Shown one piece after another: positions 10,371 to 20,034 of a stretch of 58,174 nucleotides of DNA; position 1 is the first letter of the stretch; each line of letters starts with the position of its first letter. Made by a program: the position numbers and the translations under genes. Source of the stretch: Salisapilia sapeloensis CBS 127946 (taxonomy: Eukaryota > Protista > Oomycota); the NCBI GenBank assembly GCA_023334545.1, contig JAADVB010000107.1:1-58174 (forward strand), in the 5' to 3' direction. The notes beneath the pieces were generated by a model. That model was not told the DNA's origin. It saw nothing but the letters and a program-made list of their open reading frames with translations, and did no database searches.

Positions 10371-11946
10371 TTCACCATCCAGGGGGTTTAAAAGATCTTC
10401 GAAGGTGGAGACGGAGTCAGGAAGCGAAAAGTTGGTTTGGCGACACTGGATTCAATTTTGAGTCCGGTCGATCTAAAATCGAAACAAGAGCTGAATACTT
10501 GACCGTCAACTTCCTCATCACATGCATATGGTGTATGGTACATAACAAGCAACAAGAAGTACATCAGAAGACTAATAGAGCTACTGTCTTACCGATCCAC
10601 GCAGTGGGTTTATCCTTTTGCACCGTGTGCTTACTTTTTCGCAATTTCGTGGTTGCAAACAGCTTAGTTCGAGTCATACAAATTTGTAGATAAACTAAGA
10701 TTTGCCTCTTTGTACCATCTGCGGAGGACAATGGGAGCAGCTCTGCTGCCCGATGTGCGTGCAAGCAAAGCTGCAGCAAGAGTTGCATCTGATGGATGAC
10801 ACTTTGGATCTGTTGTACGAATGATTGAAAGATAGGTACACTTTGTAGGAATTCCAGGCTTTGACTATGACAGATCACATCTACCTTTCTGTGCTACACG
10901 GGAAAGCGGACCATTTCATCGTTTTAGATCGTTTTCTTAAACAAAACCAGTGCAAAGAAAGTCAGCGTTTTCATGGAAATACACTATGCTGCTTCATGTG
11001 CTTGTCGTCTTTACACAAGGATATCTTGTTAAGTTGTACTTCGATTGAAGACTGTGTTTTTCCAGAGTATGAACGGTGAAAACGTATTTCTCGCTATAAA
11101 GCACATGCAAAGACAGTATAATCTAGCAGAGTGCTGCAATGCGATTTTAATCCTTTCTCTTCATTGATTGATCCAGTTAGATGAAACTTGAGAAGCTTTT
11201 TCTTCGAATACCCTTATTTATCTCGCGAATTGATTTCATTTCCACCATCTTTTAATCTCTTTTATTCTTCGGTATAATTTAATACTTTCTATCTTGAGCT
11301 TTTAACTTCATGTTTCCGAGACAATCGACCAAGTAGTGAGACCCAGTCGCCAGCTTGTACGTCGAATACTTACCACCACGTTTCGCTCACCATCGAGTAT
11401 GGCTGTCCATCGCTACCCATCTCTGTAGATAATTGAAACCTATATTTCAACAGTCAGAATTCTACGGTGAGAACTTCGGTCTTATCACATTCAATTCTAC
11501 AGCCAACAGAGTATCTGTAGTACGACATGAAAGCTTAGAACTGTACAAAGTGTTTCCACAAACTGAGAGAACGTATAAAAGTAGAGCAAGTCTTCATGTG
11601 ATTGTTTTGTCTGTGGCGCTAAAGTGGGGTATTGAACGAGAAGACTTGACATCGGCATCATTACAAGTACATACACAGACACTAACCAACTATGGCCGTA
11701 TTGTTGTATGTCATTGATGAATGCGAATTTCTTTGAGACATTTTACCCAGAACAAGGTAGAGCAGATTCGCGCCCAAACATGTTTTTATGAAGCTGTTTT
11801 TCGTCTAAGACACGATTCGAATACTAAGCCGTGACAAAACTCGGCAAAGTGCTGGCAGTTGAAATCCAAAGATGAAGAGCGCATAATATAACACTAGCAA
11901 TTTCAAGCTAAGAATAAACTATTCACCCTGAAATCAGCACAAAAGA

Positions 11947-13479
11947 ATGGACAAGTATTTCCTAGATATAGCCCAAGAAGATGTCGAGCGAGCAAAAGGT
12001 CTACGCAAGATGCTTCGAGGTTTCCATCATCTAGTACCTTCTAGAGAGGACATTGAAGTTACTAAAGAGACTAAGGACCCTAAAAAGGATGATTTAAAGT
12101 CCCTAGAGACGGAAAACGAGAAGTTGAATGCCACATTGCAAGAGAGAGACAATCAATTGAGATCACTAAGGGATGAATCGCATGTTGCTCTTGGCTATTA
12201 CAAAGAACAGATTGACACTTTGAAAAAGGAGAAAAGCTCCCTTCAAACCCAACTAACGGAGACCAAATTTGCCTTAGAAGACGTGAAAATGAATGCTGCG
12301 GAAATAACTGACACCGTAGTTATAAATCTACGTCAAGAGTTAGCGGATTTTCGACAAAAAGCCGATGAGAAGGAGTGCGAACTGCAATCAAAGTTGCAGC
12401 TTACAGAGAAGCAGCTTGCAGAAACCATGCAGCAAATGGATCAAGATTACATTACCCAAATGGCACAAATGTCTTGCAAACTCGTAGACGTATCGAAGGA
12501 CTCGGCGAGTAACATGTCAGAGATGAAAGGAGAGGTTGCTGGCCTTAAACAAGAAATTAAAATGTTGCTTGATGCGCTTGATCAAAAAGACTTCCACTTA
12601 CGGGAATTAAAGAAAGCATTGTATCAGTGTCAAATAGATAAGGAGAGGCTATCCGTGAAAGTAAATCGTGATGCAAAGACGGTTGCAATCGTCCAGAAAG
12701 AGTACAGCGATGCACAGCGACTTCTTGAAGAGCAACAAGGGTCCATGCTAAAAGTTGAACGACTAAGTAATGTCCATCGGTCGCAGGTCGAACTTCTACA
12801 GCGACACATTGTGCCAAAAGATAGAGAACTACGACAAGCGCAAGAGTATGTGACGGAATTGCATTCAAAGAACCAAGAAATAATGGTACAAGCAACCGTA
12901 AGTGACCGTCTTCGTGTGAGTACAGCAGCCCGGAGTAAGCGAATTGAAAGTGAAGCGATGTCAACTCAACGTAAGTTGGATAATGTACGTCACTCGGTCG
13001 ACGTCTTACTCGAGGAGCTTGGCGAGTTGGTTCGACAGAGCACGGTGAAAGAAAAGAGTTCACTCGTTGGGGAAATCGTTCGCATTCACAAGCGAATTTC
13101 GAGGGAACGAGCGATAATTCAAGGCCAAGTTGATGGAGAAGAAGATCAAGTTAGTGCTGAATTGCATCGACAAAACAACTTTTTATTAAAAAACAAGCAG
13201 CATCTTCGGCGCCAAATGGAACTAGCTCAGCAAGGCAAACACAAGCTTGCCTCTGCACTTTCACACCAAAACGCTTCCTTAATCTCCGAGCTCAATTCAC
13301 TCAAAAAGCAGAATAAGGAGCTGGAACGCCGATTAAGACGGTACGAAAAGCAGGACGGGCACGCCGCTAATACAACTACCCGACCAGCTAGTGCTAAAGC
13401 AGATAGAAATATGCACGGGATGAAGAGAACAGCGATGAATAGACCTATGTCTGCAGCCGCACATACCCGGCGTCATTAA
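11947..13479 (+). CDS. Long coiled-coil protein resembling the CFAP57/WDR65 C-terminal region (5' exons unresolved)
   Basis: 510-aa heptad-rich ORF. ELLQRHIVPKDRELRQAQEYV and AELHRQNNFL...HQNASLISELNSLKK resemble recalled CFAP57 segments (KQIEPRENEI; EYTRQREHL...QENVSLIKEINELRR). No WD40 repeats in this ORF. Confidence 0.55.
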   Translation: MDKYFLDIAQEDVERAKGLRKMLRGFHHLVPSREDIEVTKETKDPKKDDLKSLETENEKLNATLQERDNQLRSLRDESHVALGYYKEQIDTLKKEKSSLQTQLTETKFALEDVKMNAAEITDTVVINLRQELADFRQKADEKECELQSKLQLTEKQLAETMQQMDQDYITQMAQMSCKLVDVSKDSASNMSEMKGEVAGLKQEIKMLLDALDQKDFHLRELKKALYQCQIDKERLSVKVNRDAKTVAIVQKEYSDAQRLLEEQQGSMLKVERLSNVHRSQVELLQRHIVPKDRELRQAQEYVTELHSKNQEIMVQATVSDRLRVSTAARSKRIESEAMSTQRKLDNVRHSVDVLLEELGELVRQSTVKEKSSLVGEIVRIHKRISRERAIIQGQVDGEEDQVSAELHRQNNFLLKNKQHLRRQMELAQQGKHKLASALSHQNASLISELNSLKKQNKELERRLRRYEKQDGHAANTTTRPASAKADRNMHGMKRTAMNRPMSAAAHTRRH

Positions 13480-13631
13480 TAGTACCAATAGCATCACGCA
13501 TTTTGAAGAGCACCGTGAACATAGGAGGAGATGAAGAAGAATCAAGTTATCGTTATCATATCGCGAAATTTCCTACGCTTGAGAAGGCAATTGCGTGAAG
13601 TCAATCGTCTGAGGAGTTTCTATAGCGAATC

Positions 13632-14928
13632 CTATCCGATGCACACGCTCTGATATGTTGGAACGAGATACTTGATGTTGATGAATGCATCCTCGCCACC
13701 GTGTACTTCCAAGGTTTCCAGCGTTTGTTGAATAAGGTCACCGAGATTCAGCTGCTTGCGCTGGCCGTAGTCAATAGCATCACCCAAGTTGTCTACAAAA
13801 GCAATAATTCTTCGAATTAAACTCATTTAAAGCATTATGTAAATAGATTACCATTCTTGCGCACAAAGATGTTAAGCACTGGCAAAATCTGACGGTAGTA
13901 CGGCACAAGAGCTTGTCCAATAAGGCCAGGCCCACTACCAGGACTTGCAGCAGATTCACAAGTCACCAGCAATTGAATAATATTCAACGTCTTCACGATG
14001 ATCGCGGCATTTCGAGTATTCAATGCATCTAGTCAAGATTACATTCGTGAAAACCATATTCTCTGCAATAAATGGTATGAGGATTTTCGTACTTTTGATT
14101 GGGATAATGAGCTGAGGAATAACAGGCAGCACTTTGTTGCTAGCGTTGATCAACATATCTTTAGCGCTTTGTTCCGATAGGAACGCGTATGGCTCTTCCA
14201 TCTCCCTCAGACCATCAAAGAAAATGGGTAGATAATGATGGAAATCAAGCTAATCCAGTTATCTCATAAGTTTTCAGGTATGCTACTCACTATATATGTG
14301 TGTGTGTGTTTACCTTTGTAATGTCGACTTTCCAAGCAACCATGTTTCGAACCCCTCCGTGGTCAATTTGTATTGGCAAATCTCCACGTTCGTAGAACCT
14401 GCACCGAGCAAAAACTAGCTCATCATCATATAGCGTTTGTGCTTATGAGCTACATTCTATACCTGCGGAAGGATGTATCAGGAGGATTCGGGCGCTCTCG
14501 ATAAGCGACAGGTTTGACTTTTCGGGGAGAAGAAGTTTGGCTCTCTTTTTCTTCCTATCGTGATAAAACCGCGAGGTTACCATCTATTCCGATGAAAATC
14601 GAAGGTAAATAACACAATTGTACCGGTGGGTGTTTTGTTCCTGCCGTAGCTCCTTTACCCTTCTTTAAAAAGTGTTGCGGGGATGTTGGGCTTAAAGGTT
14701 TCGACAATGAAAATGCGCTGACGAGCTCCGGATCTCCATGTTTTGGCTCAGCGCTTTCCCGACGCTACATCAAAGAACCATTAGCCGTTGTACCTTAATA
14801 ATTACGCCCTACCTCCTAGATACCTTTTGGCTCACAGGAGATGTCGTGTCGAAACAGCTTCCAGTTTCTTTCATCGTAATTTTCTTCGCTACAACGCGCG
14901 TGTTCACATTCGGAATCCCAGTAGACAT
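13632..14928 (-). CDS. PACRG: Parkin co-regulated gene protein (axonemal inner-junction protein), multi-exon
   Basis: Exons read manually: [12 protein letters not shown]|[15 protein letters not shown]..., [68 protein letters not shown]...[18 protein letters not shown]. The start at 14928 is inferred from an in-frame upstream exon. Confidence 0.92.
14291..14308. repeat. (TA)3(TG)6 microsatellite within a PACRG intron
   Basis: The sequence reads tatatatgtgtgtgtgtg. Confidence 0.7.
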
Positions 14929-15171
14929 CCTGTACTACGCTTTTATCTCAATGGGGCAACGAGGTTCACTTGACTACAAACGGCGAATAAAACTTGCCAG
15001 CAGAAACGGAGGCTTGGTCACTCGGTAGTAGTAAAAAGTGAGAACGCAAAAGTTTTCTCAAAACGTCTCAGCTGCTAAAAATAGATGGCGGTGAAGTCTA
15101 GCAAAGTAGAACGCCCATGTACTCTTATTATACTTTTGATTTATTTTTACACACATTTTAATGCAAGTATA

Positions 15172-16666
15172 TCACGTCCATCTTATGCGACATCTTGGAT
15201 AACGCTTCTTGACGATCGAGATGTACTGCAGAGTAGTTCGTGTGGTAGCACAACCTCCAATGTTGAGTGTCTTCAGTTCGTTATCTTGATTGCTTCTCTG
15301 ACTAATAGCGTGAAATGCTGTTTGGGTGATCTGATTGCAAGCTCTCAAGTTGAGATTCTGAAGCTTGGTGCATTGAAGAGCGATCGCAGAAATTCCAGCG
15401 TCTGTTATATTGTAACAAAACTCAAGCGAAAGCGTTTTGATAGCTTTTCCATGCGAAGCAATAGATTGCAAAGCAGTATCGGTCAGCTGAATACATCCTT
15501 GCAGCAAGAGTAATTGGATATCTGTGCAATATGTCATAATACGACCAATGTCTTCATCTCGGACACTCTTACACATGGAAAGATCTAAAGTTTTTAAACG
15601 TGTACATGATGCCACAATTTCTTGATACGTTTTGGAAGTGAGCGAAAGCACTGAGGCAATACGGAGTGACATTAAAGTCGGACGGTGTTGGGAGAGCAAA
15701 GCGGACACACCCTCATCATCGATGCAGGCACATCCGCTGACTGAAATGTGAGATAATTGACAAGAATGCTTTTGAGTAGCTTGTGAAGTGCTCATAAAGC
15801 CAATCCCTTGGACTTTGGGGCAATTTTCGAAAGAGATGGATGTAATGTTTTTCTGGTTCGCAAGCAGAGCTTGTAGTGGCCATGCAGAAACCTAACAACG
15901 ACACAGATCAGCGCATGATATGAGCTATAGCTTTTAGGATCCAAGTACCTTGATGCATCTGTTTAAAGAAATTGCTGTGAGAGTTTGATGCTGCCTTGAT
16001 GCCATTGCAAATACAGATCGATCTGTTATGCGATGACACATATCCAAGTTAATACTTGTAAGATCATCACAGTAGGCAGCGACTGCGATAACACCTTCGT
16101 CACTCACTCGACTACAACCAGATAAATCTAAATTTTCCAGCTTGCTACATCCGCGCGCTATCTTGACAATAATTGAATCATGAATTTTGACGCAGGAAAG
16201 GTCGAGACGGGTGAGGTTTTGACATTGACTGAGCTGTACGACAGTCGTGTCTAAAACTTGCTTTGACTCGACATGAAATGCAGACAGAGTATCCAAATCC
16301 ACTGCAGATAATAGCTCCTCGATAGTCGTATAATTTATTTGTGGACCGTACAACGATATCTCTTTGATATGACTCTCTGTTTTGTTCGAAGTACGATGCA
16401 GTGCCTTTACAACAGAGTCCAACTCGTCATCACCTGTGCACCAAGTCTAGTAAAATGACAATAAGTTTAACTCTTGCAGCACTATAAATGGGATGCATCA
16501 AGTATACCAAGTCGAAGCTGCCTTCTAGATGCATGGATTGAAAAACAATATGTCTCCAAGCGGTTGAAACCTTTCGTAATGCACGCCAGCGATCGAGCAA
16601 CGGTACAAACGGAACGATACTGCCGATAAAGACATACCATGGGATACAACTAATATGCTCCGCCAT
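15172..16666 (-). CDS. F-box-like / RNI-like leucine-rich repeat protein (3 or more exons)
   Basis: N-terminal F-box-like segment (PFVPLLDRWRALRKVSTAWR) and repeated LxxLDLSGCSRVSDEGV / LSLEFCYNITDAGI cysteine-containing LRRs across ORFs 15934-16422 and 15172-15795. Confidence 0.85.
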
Positions 16667-16842
16667 CGCCGACGCCAGAATAGCCTACTAATGTGTGCAA
16701 AGGGACTGCGAAACGAACATCGTCTACTGCCTAGTTGAACCTGATACGCCCTTTCAAGCTATATCTTACGCATATGGTACCGTCTATCTGCTATTTTCGA
16801 CCAATCCGACGCGTCGTCTTCAACACAATCTGAAGAATCGCG

Positions 16843-18018
16843 ATGGGATCGAAGAATGCGGCCGTTCTAGAAGACTTTCGGCACTTGATGCAGAAGCAAT
16901 TGCTGTCTGATGCACGTCTACGAGAATGGGAGATGAAACTATCATCTAGCAATGACGATACACTTCATAAGCAGGCATTGCATGAACTACGTGGCCTTCA
17001 TCAGCAAGATCTAGACAAAATCGTCTCTGAATTACTCGCTTCTCACCAGGAGGAACCCAAAATATCCGGTAGCGACCTCCTGACTGCCACTGCTGGAGGC
17101 CTGCTAGGTGCTTGGAGTGCATACTCTGCACAACCGTCGACTCAGTCCACCAAGCAGAAAGAAGTGGCTCCTTCGATATGGGGCAGTGCTTGGAATGCCG
17201 CTCAGTCGTCACTAAAGGTGTCCATGGAACGCAACAAGATTGACCATTTGTATCTAAAGCACATGAGAGGAGATGAAGGCAAGAGCGACCATGTTCTCAT
17301 CTGTATCAATGGATTCATGACCAAGGGCGGAGATCCGCTGAAAAACTGGCAAGCGTGGGGCGACCCTGACTCGTGCGTCGTGTACGGACTGCTCTGGGAA
17401 GCCGGCGGTCTGGACGACTGGAACAATTTCTCCCATCATGTGAACGAGAAATTGGGGACAGCAAGCGCAAGTGAGCTTGTGGCGCATATTGCAGGAAATC
17501 CGTGGCACAAAGCGCAACAAAAGGCAGACCAGATCGGTCAGTTGCTAGCACAAGTGCTGTCAAAGGACCCTACTTTCTGTCGAGGACGCAAGGTGACATT
17601 GATGGGACACTCGTTGGGTGGTGCTATCGTCTACAGTACGCTGAAAGAGATGGATAAACTGAAGAAGACGGTGCGAATAGAGAACGCAGTCTCCTTTGCT
17701 GGAGCATTCGTCCCCAGCGAAGCCGGGCTGACGGCTGTCATGAACCAATTAAGCCAGACAGGTCGATTCGTCAATGTCTTTTCGACGCAGGACAACGTTC
17801 TGACACGCATCTTTTGGGCGCTGGGCAATGGCACAGCAGCTGGATGTGCCGCCATCGACTTTTCACCAGTCTGCCAATCCAAGTCCATAAATGTGGACGT
17901 ATCAGAGCTCGTTCCGGCATCCAGTGAGAACCAGTTCGGCCATAGCTACGGAAAGTATATGGAAGCGATTCGATCACTCGTCGCTCCGCATCTCTCTTCT
18001 TATCCTGATCGAAACTAG
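16843..18018 (+). CDS. DUF726/TMCO4-like alpha/beta-hydrolase
   Basis: 391 aa. HVLICINGF, VTLMGHSLGG nucleophile elbow, RFVNVFSTQDNVL and a C-terminal GHSY histidine motif. Confidence 0.75.
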   Translation: MGSKNAAVLEDFRHLMQKQLLSDARLREWEMKLSSSNDDTLHKQALHELRGLHQQDLDKIVSELLASHQEEPKISGSDLLTATAGGLLGAWSAYSAQPSTQSTKQKEVAPSIWGSAWNAAQSSLKVSMERNKIDHLYLKHMRGDEGKSDHVLICINGFMTKGGDPLKNWQAWGDPDSCVVYGLLWEAGGLDDWNNFSHHVNEKLGTASASELVAHIAGNPWHKAQQKADQIGQLLAQVLSKDPTFCRGRKVTLMGHSLGGAIVYSTLKEMDKLKKTVRIENAVSFAGAFVPSEAGLTAVMNQLSQTGRFVNVFSTQDNVLTRIFWALGNGTAAGCAAIDFSPVCQSKSINVDVSELVPASSENQFGHSYGKYMEAIRSLVAPHLSSYPDRN

Positions 18019-18022
18019 AGTT

Positions 18023-18664
18023 TTATTTTTTGCTAAACATGGCGCCATATAGATCCTTTTCTTTCTCTCGCATGGCTTTCTCCGCCTCTTTTCGTTGGCT
18101 GATGACTGCCTGCAGCTCTTTCCGGGCACTTGCGTTCTTCGGTTCTGCCGTCGCGAGATCACGGAGCAACTTCTCTGCTTGTTCCCAGTTCTGCAGCTGT
18201 TTGTACGCCATTGCCATTCGGAAGGTGCCTTTGCTGTGAGTAGGCTGCTTCTCCAGAAGGTTTTTGCAGTATTCTAGCGCTTTGGACGGGTCGTCTAGCT
18301 TTAGTTTACACAGCGACATGTTGGACCAGACGGCGACCTTAAGTTCATCAATCGCAGCAGCCTGTTCTTCCGAAGCGCGCATGTTGGACGATTCAGGCGT
18401 GTACATGTCCATGCTGTCACCTTTCGTCGACAAGCCATTCACGTACGCGAAGACCTACAAACAAGTGCAAAATAAGTATCCTTGATCGTGTCTCCGAATC
18501 CAATAAAAGCTTACTTGTGCATACGATCGAAGTGCTTTTTTATAGTCGCCTCGCTTAAAGAAAAGGTTGGCCTTCGCCTTGAGCGTCTCACCTTCCTCAA
18601 TCTTCTCCTCCACCGTCAAGTTCCCCAGACGAGGCTTGTAGCTCTCCAACTCGCGTTCCTCCAT
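18023..18664 (-). CDS. Small TPR-repeat protein (FKBP/TTC9-like TPR module without PPIase)
   Basis: LKAKANLFFKRGDYKKALRSY, VWSNMSLCKLKL...ALEYCKNLLEKQPTHSKGTFRMAMAY. One intron. ATG (MEERE) at 18664. Confidence 0.85.
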
Positions 18665-18785
18665 TTTCAGATCTGTCACAGTTTCAAACGATTTTCGAAC
18701 GATTTCGTAATCGATAACATGTTAAAAACCGCTGACTCAGGCCACAAGCGACTCAGAACACTTTGACAAGCAAACTGAGGAGACA

Positions 18786-19919
18786 ATGGCGAGTCAAACG
18801 ATCGAAGCGGATGCGTCTCGACCAAGTGCTCAAATAGAACATATTGCCTGGGACGACATCGACAAGCTCCGGTATTTTACCATCGGACCTGCTGCCTTCA
18901 TCTGCGTCCGAGCTGCTGTGTATCCGAGCAGCCTCGTGAAGACGCGATTGCAAGTGCAGTCTTCGTCCAAACCTCTTTACAACGGAACCTTTGATGCTTT
19001 CAAAAAGATCTTCAAATCGGAAGGACCGAGAGGATTGTACAAGGGCTTTGGAGCGAACACTGCCAACGTCATTACGGGCAACATCTACATCAGTGTCTAT
19101 GAACTTGCACGCAAATTCTACGTCGAAAACACTCCTGTAGGTTTATTTATTCTCTTCTATATCGGCATGCTTGTATTTATTCATCTTTCGTATTAACAGG
19201 TAACTGCGAAAACATCGAACTTCCTCGGCGGTGCGACGGCATCCTTGGTGTCGCAGACAGTGGTGGTACCATTAGACATTGTATCCCAGCACATGATGAT
19301 CAGCGGGCAAGGCACGCGGTCAAATTGGACTAAAAAGGCAGGCGACGCAGGGGTCATCGGCATTACCAAACGAGTATTCCAAAGAGAAGGCCTGAGGGGA
19401 TTCTATAAGGGCTATGTTGCATCTCTCATCACCTATGCGCCATCGTCCGCGCTCTGGTGGGGGTCCTACGGTCTCCTCATGCCCTTCTACTTTGACAAGA
19501 TGCAGAATTTGGACTTCAAGGACAAGTACAAGCAAGGTAAAGCAATTTCGTCTATTATCAGAGGATCATGCCTTCAACCAATGAGATAGTGGTTGCGCAA
19601 GCGACGGGTGGTGCGAGCGCTGGGGCTGTGGCAGCGGTCCTGACGAACCCAATGGACATTGTTCGTACGCGGACACAGATCTACACCAACTACGGCATGG
19701 TTGACGCTTTCAAATACATTGTCCAGACGAACGGCTGGCGGGGTCTTATGACAGGAACGACGGCTGTAAGCTACCATATTTCTTCCTATGAACACGATAT
19801 GCTGACGTACGCTCTATTAGCGACTAATGTCCATGATTCCATCCGGCATGCTCGTATTCTCCACGTACGAGTTCGTGAAGCGGCAGTCGCGCAAGCCCGA
19901 GTCGGACCGCGAGGCCTAG
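18786..19919 (+). CDS. Mitochondrial carrier, SLC25A44-like (4 exons)
   Basis: Three carrier repeats (YPSSLVKTRLQ, VPLDIVSQHMM, NPMDIVRTRTQ). IAWDDIDKLRYF resembles the SLC25A44 N-terminus. Stop TAG at 19917-19919 after splicing. Confidence 0.9.
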
Positions 19920-20034
19920 ATAGAGTTTTGTAGACGAGGCACCAAATATACAGTTTTCAAGCTATACCGAAGATATAATATAGCTTACGTAAACTACGCG
20001 ACAGGCGACTCACGCAATATCCAAGAGGACAGGT

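Noticed and set aside
9800-10500. Autonomous Tc1/mariner transposon
   Set aside because: No DDE catalytic domain, terminal inverted repeats or TA target-site duplication were found.
15085-15513. Plus-strand 142-aa ORF
   Set aside because: Antisense shadow of the F-box/LRR last exon.
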